Positions 30,871 through 39,954 of a stretch of DNA of 64,000 nucleotides are shown one piece after another. Numbering within the stretch: the stretch's first letter is position 1; every line of letters starts with the position of its first letter. This stretch comes from Holophagales bacterium. Lineage in GTDB: Bacteria; Acidobacteriota; Thermoanaerobaculia; Multivoradales; Multivoraceae. A program made the position numbers and the translations under genes. The stretch spans positions 9,069 through 73,068 of the forward strand of contig VXSP01000003.1 in assembly GCA_009837885.1 (NCBI GenBank), written 5' to 3'. The notes under the pieces were generated by a model. It had not been told where the DNA came from, ran no database searches, and was given only the letters and a program-made list of their open reading frames with translations.

Positions 30871-32589
30871 GTGAAGTCCCGGCGAACCCTCCAGGTCGCC
30901 TGGCTTCTCGCGGCCTTCCTGTGGGCGACGGCACCGGTACCGGGCCAGGAGGTGGAAATCCCGGAGGTGTTCTCGGAGACGATCGACGTTCGCGTCGTGA
31001 ACGTCGAGGTCGTCGTCACCGACCGTCAGGGCAACCGCGTCCAGGGCCTGAAGCCCTCGGACTTCGAACTCCTGGTCAACGGCAAGCCGACGCCGATCGA
31101 CTACTTCACGGAGATCGAGGACGGCTTCGCCGCAGGTGGAGCGGCAGGCGACATCGACGGGGTGCCCGCCCTGGATCTGAACGCGCCGGTCGGCACGAAC
31201 TTCCTGATCTTCATCGACGACCTCTTCTCGATCGAGCGCGACCGGAACAGGGTGCTCGACCGCCTGGCGGACGACTTTGGAGAACTCGGCCCGGCAGACC
31301 GGATCGCCGCCGTCGCCTACGACGGCCAGACCGCCGAGACATTGACGGCCTGGACGGACTCGGCAGCCGACTTCCAGGACGCGCTGGACCGGGCGCGCTC
31401 TCGGCCATCCCACGGCGTGCTGCAACTCTCGGCACGCAGTCAGGTCACTCAGGACCGGCAACTGATGGTCGAACACGAAGCAGGCAGAGATCAGAGCGGA
31501 CTGCTCGGATCAGGGCAGCAGGCCTCATCGGGCCTGAGCGGCGACGTCTCCCGAATGGACCTCTCCTACAGGGAGAAGCTGAGCAACCAGTTGGAGAGTT
31601 CCGTGCTGGCGGCGATGGCCACGATGCGCCGGTTCGCCAACCGGCCCGGCCGCAAGGTCATGCTGCTGCTCGCCGGTGGCTGGCCGGGGTCGGTGGAGAT
31701 CTTCGCCCGGGACACGTTGTCGGAAGACAGCAGACTCTCCGTCGACCGCAGGGTGATGAGCCAGCACGACCTCTACGGTCCACTGGTGTCGACCGCGAAC
31801 CTGATCGGGTTCTCGCTCTATCCGGTGGACGTGCCGGGCCTCACCAGAGACTTCTTCGGCGACGCGTCGAGAGGATTCGGCGCCAACGCTCAGCCCGACA
31901 CGATCGGTGCGGCGCCGGGTGCACTCCAGAAAGAAGACACCATCCACAGTGCTCTGCACCTGCTCGCCTCCTCGACCGGAGGCATGCCGCTGGTCAACGC
32001 GCGCCGCGACATCGCGTTGGCCAGCGTGGTGGCGGACACGCGCTCGTACTACTGGCTCGGCTTCGCGCCCCAGCGCCGTGAGGACAACAGGTTCCACGAG
32101 ATCGCGGTGCGGCTGGTGGGCCGAGCCGACCTCGACGCCCGCACGCGCGAGGGCTACGTGGACATGTCGCGCGACCACGAGCTCGACATGACGGCGAAGG
32201 CCGCCCTACTGTTCGGCGATCCGCCCGATGCGCTGCCGCTCCAGGTGCACTTTTCCGAACCGGTCCGCGCCGGCCGCCGCAAGATGTCCATGCAAGTCGA
32301 GGTGGCGATCCCCCTCGACGAGATCCAGCTCCTGCCCGTGGCCGGCGAATGGCTCAGCGTGGTGGAGATTCGCGTGACGGCGATGGACGAAGCCGGCAAC
32401 CGCTCCGAAGTGTCCTTCGAGAAAGTCCCCATTGCCGGCGCCCAGGAACCGGAGCCGGGCCAGATCTTCTACTACGAGACCGAGCTACGGCTACGCCGCC
32501 GCGAACACTCGTACGTGATCACGGTGCACGACCCCTTGACGGGAACGAACCTGACCTCGACCGGGAAGGTCGGCCCGAAGTCGTTGTAG
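30871..32589 (+). CDS. VWA domain-containing secreted protein (Acidobacteria-type VWFA-related family)
   Basis: N-terminal SETIDVRVVNVEVVVTDRQGNRVQGLKPSDFELLVNGKP, then FLIFIDDL... a VWA-like beta-strand/MIDAS-like segment. Signal peptide present. Confidence 0.75.
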   Translation: MKSRRTLQVAWLLAAFLWATAPVPGQEVEIPEVFSETIDVRVVNVEVVVTDRQGNRVQGLKPSDFELLVNGKPTPIDYFTEIEDGFAAGGAAGDIDGVPALDLNAPVGTNFLIFIDDLFSIERDRNRVLDRLADDFGELGPADRIAAVAYDGQTAETLTAWTDSAADFQDALDRARSRPSHGVLQLSARSQVTQDRQLMVEHEAGRDQSGLLGSGQQASSGLSGDVSRMDLSYREKLSNQLESSVLAAMATMRRFANRPGRKVMLLLAGGWPGSVEIFARDTLSEDSRLSVDRRVMSQHDLYGPLVSTANLIGFSLYPVDVPGLTRDFFGDASRGFGANAQPDTIGAAPGALQKEDTIHSALHLLASSTGGMPLVNARRDIALASVVADTRSYYWLGFAPQRREDNRFHEIAVRLVGRADLDARTREGYVDMSRDHELDMTAKAALLFGDPPDALPLQVHFSEPVRAGRRKMSMQVEVAIPLDEIQLLPVAGEWLSVVEIRVTAMDEAGNRSEVSFEKVPIAGAQEPEPGQIFYYETELRLRRREHSYVITVHDPLTGTNLTSTGKVGPKSL

Positions 32590-32611
32590 GGCGTCGGAGG
32601 GCGCGCGTCCC

Positions 32612-33094
32612 TCAGCCCAGCTTCCGGCGCAGCGCCTCCAGCACCGCGGGCGGCACGACGCCCGACAGGTTACCGTCGAGGCTACCGACCTCCTTGGTCA
32701 GCCGGCTCGAGAGGTAGATCCACTCCGGCGCCGGCAGCAGGAAGATCGTGTCGATGCCGGGAGCGAGGCGGCGGTTCATGAGGGTCATCGGCAGTTCGTA
32801 GTCGAAGTCGGCGCCGGAGCGGAGGCCGCGGACGACGGCGGTGGCGTTCCGTTCGCGGGCGTAGTCGACGAGGAGGCCGCTGAAGCTCTCGACCCGGCAA
32901 TCGCCGGAATCCCCGACCAGGTCGCGCAGGAGATCGATCCGTTCCTCCACCGAGAACAGGGCCTGCTTCTGCTCGTTGTACAGGACGGCGATGTAGAGCA
33001 CATCGAACAGCCGGCGAGCGCGCTCGATCAGATCGAGGTGGCCGTTGTGGACCGGGTCAAAGGAACCCGGAAAGACGCCGATTCTCTGCGTCAT
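32612..33094 (-). CDS. coaD: phosphopantetheine adenylyltransferase
   Basis: MTQRIGVFPGSFDPVHNGHLDLIERA... is canonical CoaD. ATG 33094 is in an ATGA overlap with the upstream stop. Confidence 0.95.
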   Translation of the reverse strand: MTQRIGVFPGSFDPVHNGHLDLIERARRLFDVLYIAVLYNEQKQALFSVEERIDLLRDLVGDSGDCRVESFSGLLVDYARERNATAVVRGLRSGADFDYELPMTLMNRRLAPGIDTIFLLPAPEWIYLSSRLTKEVGSLDGNLSGVVPPAVLEALRRKLG

Positions 33095-35382
33095 TGGCCG
33101 CTCCCGAGATGGCCTGAGAGGTCGACCGTGGTCACGTTGTGGGCGGCGTCGGTCAGCCGCAGGAGCAGCAGCCGGGCGCCTTCCGGAGCAACGATGGAGA
33201 GCGTCTCGCGCTGGCTGTCGAGGAGGCCGTCCTCGACCCGGACGGAACGCCACTCGTCGGCGTCGACGCTGGTCACCGCTTCGCGCAGCGGGCTCCAGGC
33301 GTCCTCGACCACCACGGTCACCCCGTCGCCGTCGCGGGTCGCGGAGACGAGCCGGGCCGGGCTGTGGTCGACGACCACCGCGGCCGATATCTCCTCCGCC
33401 TCCAGCTCCTCACCGGCGACGTTATCCAGCCGGTCGCTGGCTTCCACCCGGAAGCGGTAGACGCCGTCCGGCAGCACCGTGGCATCGAAGCTGAAGAACG
33501 TCGCCTTCAGATCGTCCGCCACCTCGAGCCACAGACCCTCCTCGTCCTCGCCGTTCGCGCCGGCTTCCGCCAGAGCCGCCTCCCGGGCGAAGGAGAGCCG
33601 GTAGCGGAGACGGTCCTTGTTCGGATCCTCGGCCTCCCAGCGCAGGGTCCTGTAGCCAAGCTTCCAGAGGGTCTTGGTGGAGCCTCTCTGGGTCTGCGCG
33701 GGGTCGCCGACGACGGTGAAGATGCGGTCGCGGTTCGGGTGCGCCGGTTCGTAGGCCTGGTTCGAGGGGTTGAAGTTCGTCGGCACCAGGATCGTGCCCG
33801 CGGGCAGCACCTCCAGCTTCTTGACCTCCGGCTTGCGGTTGTGCTGGCGGTAGGTGACCTCGACCGCCACGACCTCGGGGGTCCGGTCGCCGCTGCCGCG
33901 AAGTTCGGCCCGCCACTGCAGGTACCGGCCCGGCGGCAGGTCGGAGAGCGGCGCCTCCCGCGCCACGGAGGCCGTGGTCCACCCGGACCAGGTCTCGTCC
34001 GGCGTCGAGCTCATGCCGCTGCGCGCGGAGAGCGCGACGTCGACCCCGTCGCCGGCACGGCCGCGCCAGCGAATCGAGCCGAAGCTCGCCACCGACGACG
34101 CGTCGAGGGGCTTGGCGGTGACCGTGCCCCGCTCCGCCAGCCCGGCGGACCCGCCGCCGACGAAACCGTAGACGGCCGCCGCGTTGGTGCTCGCGAAGAC
34201 GGGGCCCGCGGGCCCCTCCGCGAGTCCGACGATCTGGCCCTGGTCCAGGTCCTTCTCCAGCACCATCTGCTCGTTCTGGTAGCTGAACAGCTTGCCCTCC
34301 TGGCCGGTGGCGACCCAGAGCCTGCCCTGCTGGTAGCTCAGGGCGTACACGGTCTCTGCCTCGAACTTCCAGATCGACTCGACCGAACCGCTCCCATCGA
34401 TCCGCAGCACCTCCGAGCGGGGCCCCGTGAAGGAGGCGGCGCGGCTGCCGACCGAGATCGCCCCGGCCTGGGCCGTGACCTGGGTCGTCTGATCGTTCGA
34501 TTCCGTCGAACTGCCGCTGGTGCCGCCGGAGCCGCTACTCCCGTTGCTCGACGAGCCGCTCGAAGAGGATCGCCGCGCGCTGCTCAGGTCGACGAAGCTC
34601 GCCTCGGACGCCAGGGCGGTCGCGTAGAAGGCGCCTTCCTCGGCCGGAACGATCGCCAGCACCTCCGGCCCGGCCGCGTCGTAGAGGGTGCGGGCCGCTC
34701 CCTCGGTGTCGATCTCCAGCAGGAGACCCTCGCCAGCCGTGCCGGCGAACAGCGTGCCGTCCGCGCGCCGCGCGAGCGAGCGGATGTGCAGATCCGTGCT
34801 GTCATAGAGCAGGGTCGACTCGCCGCTTCCGAGGTCGACACGATGGAGCTTGCCTTCGGGGCCGGTGCCCACCAGCAGACCGCCGTCGCCGTCGCCCAGG
34901 AGCGCCCAGATGTACTTCGCCTCCGGGTCGAAGACGACCTCGACTTCCCCGTCCGGGCGCTTGCGATACACCTTGCCGTCCGGCGACGAGCCGGCGTAGA
35001 CGACACCGTCGCCGTCGACCCAGACCGCGAAGATCTCGGGTTCCTCGGCCGCGAAGAGTTCCGCGACCGAGCGGGCATCGGCGCCGGCGCTGATCTCGAG
35101 CACCTTGCCCGAGTTGCCGGTCCCGGCCGCGAAGCGGCCGTTGGCACCGGCGAAGGAGAACAGGAAGGGCTCGGAAAGGGTGGCGAACTGCTCCGCGCGC
35201 TGCGCCAGCCTGAGCACGCCCAGGCGATCGACGCTGACGTCGACGAGTTCGCCGGCAAGGAAGGCGGTCTGGCTGTCGGCGCGCCAGATCTGGACCTCCG
35301 AGGCGGCGGCCGTTCCGGCGCCGGCGAGCAGCAAGCTAGCGGCCGCGGCCATCGCCGCGGCGGTACGGTGGCGGCTCCTCAC
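33091..35382 (-). CDS. secreted beta-propeller protein with C-terminal Y_Y_Y/Ig-like domains, function unknown
   Basis: Repeated GTG..GK(L/V) blades (AAGTGNSGKVLEI, LVGTGPEGKLHRV, FAGTAGEGLLLEI, VATGQEGKLFSY). C-terminal LPPGRYLQWRAELRG and LPDGVYRFRVEASD resemble two-component-regulator propeller/Y_Y_Y modules. No kinase domain. Confidence 0.7.
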   Translation of the reverse strand: MRSRHRTAAAMAAAASLLLAGAGTAAASEVQIWRADSQTAFLAGELVDVSVDRLGVLRLAQRAEQFATLSEPFLFSFAGANGRFAAGTGNSGKVLEISAGADARSVAELFAAEEPEIFAVWVDGDGVVYAGSSPDGKVYRKRPDGEVEVVFDPEAKYIWALLGDGDGGLLVGTGPEGKLHRVDLGSGESTLLYDSTDLHIRSLARRADGTLFAGTAGEGLLLEIDTEGAARTLYDAAGPEVLAIVPAEEGAFYATALASEASFVDLSSARRSSSSGSSSNGSSGSGGTSGSSTESNDQTTQVTAQAGAISVGSRAASFTGPRSEVLRIDGSGSVESIWKFEAETVYALSYQQGRLWVATGQEGKLFSYQNEQMVLEKDLDQGQIVGLAEGPAGPVFASTNAAAVYGFVGGGSAGLAERGTVTAKPLDASSVASFGSIRWRGRAGDGVDVALSARSGMSSTPDETWSGWTTASVAREAPLSDLPPGRYLQWRAELRGSGDRTPEVVAVEVTYRQHNRKPEVKKLEVLPAGTILVPTNFNPSNQAYEPAHPNRDRIFTVVGDPAQTQRGSTKTLWKLGYRTLRWEAEDPNKDRLRYRLSFAREAALAEAGANGEDEEGLWLEVADDLKATFFSFDATVLPDGVYRFRVEASDRLDNVAGEELEAEEISAAVVVDHSPARLVSATRDGDGVTVVVEDAWSPLREAVTSVDADEWRSVRVEDGLLDSQRETLSIVAPEGARLLLLRLTDAAHNVTTVDLSGHLGSGQ

Positions 35383-37229
35383 GGCGTCGTACCCGGCAGG
35401 ATCTGGAGGTCGATCCGGAACAGACCGTCGAGCGGCGTGCCGAGATCGCGACCGTCTTCGCTGACGATCGCCAGGTTCAGGGCTCGCGGCTCCCCCTGCA
35501 GCGGCGACGCCTGCCAGATCGACCGCACGGTAGCCGGGAGGTCCGGCATCGGCCGACCCTGGACGATCAGCCCGCGCGCCGGTACGACGCCGAGCGCGGC
35601 GAGCCGGCTCTGGGACTGGAAGGACCGCAGCAGCTTCAGTTCGTCCTCGAGAGAGGAAGCCTTGCCTGGCTGAAGCTGGAGCCGGGCGGCGTCGATGCTG
35701 ACGCCGTCGCCCACGAACAGGTAGTAGCGGCCGGGGCGCCGGTCCTCGGGCACCACCACGTCCAGCGTCTCCTGGAAGCGATCACCGCGATGCCGGCGCA
35801 GATCGAAGACGACCTGGACCGTGTCGCCCGCGCGGACCCGGGTGGACGATGCCTGGGCCCGCTCGATCGTGATCGTGCGCGGAGCGTGGCGCTGCGTCAG
35901 AGTCAGGTCGATGCCCTCCACCTCCACCGCCTCGTAGTCCGAGTGGACCAAGGCGCCCACCAGGGCGATCAGGTAGAAGGCGGCGCGGACGCCGGGGTTC
36001 GAGCCGTCGAAGACCTGGCGCAGCGGCACGTCGGCGTGGCCGCGCAGGCGCAGGGTGCCGGTCATGTCGAGGCTGCTTTCGCCGGCGCCGTAGGAGGCCG
36101 AATTGAGCGCCTGCATGGTCGGGATGCCGACCAGCGACGGCAACATGATCGGCAGGTCGGCGAGGCGGAGATCGAAACGGCGAGACTCGCCGTTCGGCGT
36201 CGCGACGTCGATCGTCATCGGGATCGTCCGGGCCTCGGCCCCGAGCGTGCCCCTGAGCCCGGCGAAGCGGTCCTGGTCGAAGGCGCCGACCACCGGACCT
36301 ATGTTGCTGAGCCGGGTCGAGCTGTTGAGCCGGGGAACGACCCCCACTACCTCGACCGTGGCCATCGGCACTCCCAGCGGTCCGACGCCGAGATAGGGGT
36401 GGCCCATTGCCAGCACTTCACCGTCTTCCACCCGGGTCACCGTGCCGCCGACGGCGAGCTTCAGGTCGCCGTCGATCAGGACGCCCGCGACCGCGCTGCC
36501 GGCGCCGAGTTCGGGTGCTTCGGAAGGTTCGGCGCGCCCGGCTGGAGCGGCGGCGAGCATCCGCCGCACCGGCTCGCCGAAGCCGAGCGTGGCGATCGAG
36601 GCGCCGCGGCCGCCCCAGTTGGCTGGAGCCAGCAAAGCGCCCAGCTGCTCGGCCACGATTTCGTGGACCGCCTCGACAACGTTCTCCGGAGGTTCGAGGA
36701 TCTGCCGCACCGAGCGCTCGAACCGCGCGGGCGCTCCCGGAGCGGACAGGCCAAGCGAGCCGCCAGCCGCTTCGCCCGGATCGAGCGCACTCAACTGCCG
36801 CATCGCGGCGATCGGCGTGATCAACGCCAGGGCCTCGCTGGTGAACGCCCAGGAATAGGCCACGGCGCCGGCAAGGCGGTCGTCGATGTAGACCGGACTG
36901 CCGCTCATTCCGGCCACCACGCCCGACTCCTCGAGCCCCTTGCCGCTCAACCGGGCAACGATGAAACTCGTACCGGGGTCCATCTCCCGCAGGACGCCGA
37001 CGACCTCGACACCGAAGCGCTCCGGCTCGCTGCCGGCGAACACGGACAGGCCGTAGCCGGTCTGGCCGCGGGAAACCTCGTCGACCCCGATCTCGTCACC
37101 GTCCAGGTCGACCGCGGGGGCTCCTTCGGTGCGTGACGCGGCGACGGGCTCCTGAGCCTCTGCCCGTGTCGCTTCCGGCAGGTTCCAAGCGCAAAGGAGC
37201 GCGACGAGGGAAACGGCGGATCGGCTCAC
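35379..37229 (-). CDS. SpoIVB (peptidase S55)-like secreted protein
   Basis: GVVAGMSGSPVYIDDRLAGAVAY closely resembles the SpoIVB catalytic-serine motif GMSGSPI...GAV. Further on, GTVTRVEDGEVLAMGHPYLG resembles the S55 His region. Signal peptide present. 616 aa. Confidence 0.6.
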   Translation of the reverse strand: MSRSAVSLVALLCAWNLPEATRAEAQEPVAASRTEGAPAVDLDGDEIGVDEVSRGQTGYGLSVFAGSEPERFGVEVVGVLREMDPGTSFIVARLSGKGLEESGVVAGMSGSPVYIDDRLAGAVAYSWAFTSEALALITPIAAMRQLSALDPGEAAGGSLGLSAPGAPARFERSVRQILEPPENVVEAVHEIVAEQLGALLAPANWGGRGASIATLGFGEPVRRMLAAAPAGRAEPSEAPELGAGSAVAGVLIDGDLKLAVGGTVTRVEDGEVLAMGHPYLGVGPLGVPMATVEVVGVVPRLNSSTRLSNIGPVVGAFDQDRFAGLRGTLGAEARTIPMTIDVATPNGESRRFDLRLADLPIMLPSLVGIPTMQALNSASYGAGESSLDMTGTLRLRGHADVPLRQVFDGSNPGVRAAFYLIALVGALVHSDYEAVEVEGIDLTLTQRHAPRTITIERAQASSTRVRAGDTVQVVFDLRRHRGDRFQETLDVVVPEDRRPGRYYLFVGDGVSIDAARLQLQPGKASSLEDELKLLRSFQSQSRLAALGVVPARGLIVQGRPMPDLPATVRSIWQASPLQGEPRALNLAIVSEDGRDLGTPLDGLFRIDLQILPGTTP

Positions 37230-37271
37230 GGTCTTTGAGTCTTGGACCTGACGACTGCGCGGGCCGCGGGA

Positions 37272-37859
37272 TCAGAACTCGAAGCGCCCGCGGCGCAACA
37301 CCCGCAAACCGGCGGAAGTCCAAGATACCACGGTGGATGCCAGCCCCCCGGGGGTCCGCTCACCGCCGATCACCAGCGCGCCGGCGGCGTGGAGGATCGG
37401 TTCAAGGTCCGCCAGGTCGCACGCGGGCGGCTCACCGCTCCGGTTCGCGCTGGTCGCGGTCAGCGGATGACCGAGAGCCTGGAGGAGTGCACGGAGTCGG
37501 TCGTGGTCCGGCACCCGCACCGCCAGCGTGCCTCCCCCGGCGGCCGCCGACACGGACACGCCGGCGCGAAGCGGCGCCACGACAGTGAGCGCCGCCGGCC
37601 AGTGCGCTTCGGCGAGACGGATCACCTCGTTCGGTTCGACACCGAGGTCGAGGGCCTGTTCGACGCTCGCCGCCACGACCGGCAGCGGCTTGCCGCGTTC
37701 GCGTTCCTTGAGCCGGTAGATCGCCTCGGCGCCACTCGCAGAGCGCGGATCCACGGCCAGGCCGTAAGAGGATTCGGTTGGTATCGCCAGGATCCTCCCG
37801 GCGGCGAGAGCCGCTCTCACCTCGTTCAGGTCGCCGTCCCAGGGCCATACGTCGAGCAT
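37272..37859 (-). CDS. tsaC: L-threonylcarbamoyladenylate synthase (TsaC/YrdC family)
   Basis: ILAIPTESSYGLAVDP...KERERGKPLPVV...LTATSANRSGEPP motifs. ATG 37859. The upstream 94 codons of the track ORF were rejected. Confidence 0.85.
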   Translation of the reverse strand: MLDVWPWDGDLNEVRAALAAGRILAIPTESSYGLAVDPRSASGAEAIYRLKERERGKPLPVVAASVEQALDLGVEPNEVIRLAEAHWPAALTVVAPLRAGVSVSAAAGGGTLAVRVPDHDRLRALLQALGHPLTATSANRSGEPPACDLADLEPILHAAGALVIGGERTPGGLASTVVSWTSAGLRVLRRGRFEF

Positions 37860-37948
37860 GGGCGATGAGCCTAGCGCTGCTCCCAGGACTGCGGCCAAGC
37901 GGACGCCGGCCAAGGCCGGCGACGTTTCTCTGGCCGCCTCCGGCGGCG

Positions 37949-37978
37949 GCCGGCGAGGACGCCGGCGCACCCAGTGTG
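37949..37978 (+). repeat. hairpin-tail repeat, copy c
   Basis: GCCGGCG-AGGA-CGCCGGC-GCACCCAGTGTG in the recN-tsaC gap. Confidence 0.75.
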
Positions 37979-38049
37979 GGACCTGGTGCCAGAAGGCCGG
38001 CCCACCGACAGTGGGGACCGATGGGCAAGACGCCCAGCCCGCATTGGGG

Positions 38050-38206
38050 CCGGAAGGGGGGAGGGTCCCAGGGGGCTGGAGGCAACCGACGCCCGGCGCC
38101 GCTACGCCGACCGAGGCCGACGTGAAGGGCAGCCGACCCAAGCGAGCGCTTCCGTCCCACTCACCGGGAAAGCGTGAGCGTCCCCTGGGACCCTCCCCCC
38201 TTCCGG
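38050..38206. repeat. 157-nt element bounded by a perfect 25-bp inverted repeat
   Basis: 38050-38074 CCGGAAGGGGGGAGGGTCCCAGGGG is the exact reverse complement of 38182-38206. The spacer is 107 nt. The element lies 24 nt downstream of the recN stop. Confidence 0.85.
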
Positions 38207-38230
38207 ACCCGATGAGGGCGGCCTACCCGC

Positions 38231-39946
38231 CTACTCCACCCCAGCGGCGAGCAGTTCCGCGGCGGCGGAGCGGGAGGCGTCCGTGACGTGTTCGCCGGCG
38301 AGCATGCGGGCGACTTCTTCGATGCGGTGTTCGTGGTCGAGGCGGTGGACGTCGACTCGGGTACGGCCGGCGTTGACCTCTTTCTTCACCTCGAGGTGCC
38401 GGTTACCGCGGGACGCTACCTGGGGCAGGTGAGTCACCGCCAGGATCTGGCCGCCGTCGGCGAGGCGCTGGAGCTTGCGGCCGACGATCGCCGCTTCGGC
38501 GCCGCCGACGCCGGAGTCCACTTCGTCGAACACCAGGGTCGAACCCTCGGCCGGGCCGCCCCCCCGAACCGCGGTCTGGAGCGCCAGGAACAGGCGCGCA
38601 AGCTCACCGCCCGAAGCGACCCGCGACAGCGGCCGCAGATCCTCGCCCGGATTCGCGCTGAACCGGTAGGTGACCCGGTCGACGCCCTGGGCGTCGAAAG
38701 CGATCCGCTCGCCATCGAGCTCGAGCGGGCTGCCGTCGCGAAGCTCCCGGGTGATCTCGACCTCGAACGCAGCCCGCTCGAAGGCCAGGTCCAGCAGGTG
38801 ACCGAGAACCTCACGCTCGAGGGCGCCGGACCGTTCGCGCCGGGCAGCTGAGAGCGCCTCGGCCCGGCCGGCGTACTCGGCGAGGCGTGCAGCGGCTTCC
38901 TGCTCCACCTCCTCCCGGCGCACATCCGCGGTTTCCAGCTCGAACAGTTCCTCCGCCAGGCGGCGGCCGTGCTCCAGGACATCCGAACTGCTTCCGCCGT
39001 GCTTGCGGGTCAGACGCTCGATCGCGCTCAACCGCTCCTCGATCTGGTTCAGGCGAGCCGGATCCGACTCGCAGCCAGCCGCCCGGCTCCGCAGTTCCTG
39101 CGCGAGGTCGTTCACGGTCGCGCCGACCTCGGTCAGGGTCTCGACCCAGGACCCGGCCTCCGGCTGCCAGCGCGAGATGTCCGAAAGCGCGTTTCCGGCC
39201 TGCGCGACCCGACCGTCGACCGCCAGTTCGTCATCGCTGAGCAGGGCGATCGCCCGGTGGAGCGCGCCCGCGATCGCCTCGGCGTGGCGGAGTACGTCGC
39301 GCTCGGCCCGTAGCTCTTCGTCCTCGCCGGGCAGCAGACGCGCGGCGTCGATTTCCGAAGTCTGGAACTTCAGGAGATCGATCCGTTCCTGGCGAAGCTG
39401 GTCGTCCAGGGAGAGCCGCTCGAGCCGGTCGGCGGCCTCGCGGTAGGCGTCCCAGGCCTCGCGGCATGAATCGACCAGTGCCGTCAGCGAGTCGCCGCCG
39501 GAGCGGTCGAGCCAGGCCCGCTGGAGGTCGGCGGACAGCATGCCGAGTTCGTCCCGCTGGCCGAAGATGCGGATCAGACCGTGGGCGACGGTCGAGAGCA
39601 GTCTCGCGGTGACCGGATGGTCGTTAACGAACACGCGGTTCCGCCCCTCCCGGGTGACCTCCCGACGCACCAGGAGTTCGTCGCCGTCCACCGGCACACC
39701 GGCCTCTTCGAGCTGACCGCGCCATGCGGCGCCCGAAGGCTCGAAGACGCCGCTGACCGCCAGCGTACCGGCGCCCGTGCGGATCATCTCCGAACTCGCG
39801 CGCCCCCCGGCGAGCAGCGAAAGCGAATCGACGACCAGGGATTTACCCGCTCCCGTCTCGCCGGTGACCACGTTCAGCCCGGGCCCGAACTCGAGCTCCG
39901 CTCGTTCGATCACGGCCAGGTTCCGGACGTGCAGGGAGCGAAGCAT
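38231..39946 (-). CDS. recN: DNA repair protein RecN
   Basis: MLRSLHVRNLAVIERAELEFGPGLNVVTGETGAGKSLVVDSL... plus a C-terminal SMC-type signature/Walker B (LVFDEVDSGVGG). ATG 39946. Confidence 0.95.
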   Translation of the reverse strand: MLRSLHVRNLAVIERAELEFGPGLNVVTGETGAGKSLVVDSLSLLAGGRASSEMIRTGAGTLAVSGVFEPSGAAWRGQLEEAGVPVDGDELLVRREVTREGRNRVFVNDHPVTARLLSTVAHGLIRIFGQRDELGMLSADLQRAWLDRSGGDSLTALVDSCREAWDAYREAADRLERLSLDDQLRQERIDLLKFQTSEIDAARLLPGEDEELRAERDVLRHAEAIAGALHRAIALLSDDELAVDGRVAQAGNALSDISRWQPEAGSWVETLTEVGATVNDLAQELRSRAAGCESDPARLNQIEERLSAIERLTRKHGGSSSDVLEHGRRLAEELFELETADVRREEVEQEAAARLAEYAGRAEALSAARRERSGALEREVLGHLLDLAFERAAFEVEITRELRDGSPLELDGERIAFDAQGVDRVTYRFSANPGEDLRPLSRVASGGELARLFLALQTAVRGGGPAEGSTLVFDEVDSGVGGAEAAIVGRKLQRLADGGQILAVTHLPQVASRGNRHLEVKKEVNAGRTRVDVHRLDHEHRIEEVARMLAGEHVTDASRSAAAELLAAGVE

Positions 39947-39954
39947 GGGCGTCC

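Noticed and set aside
33139-35673. 844-aa ORF antisense to the propeller gene
   Set aside because: It is low-complexity Arg/Gly/Ala-rich. The sense frame has regular blade repeats and a signal peptide.
37860-38141. N-terminal 94-codon extension of tsaC (track ORF 37272-38141) and other ORFs in the 37860-38230 gap (e.g. 37858-38286 +, 142 aa)
   Set aside because: YrdC/TsaC similarity begins at ATG 37859. The extension and the gap ORFs are Pro/Gly/Arg-rich and run straight through the repeat copy and the inverted-repeat arms, so the gap was treated as non-coding.
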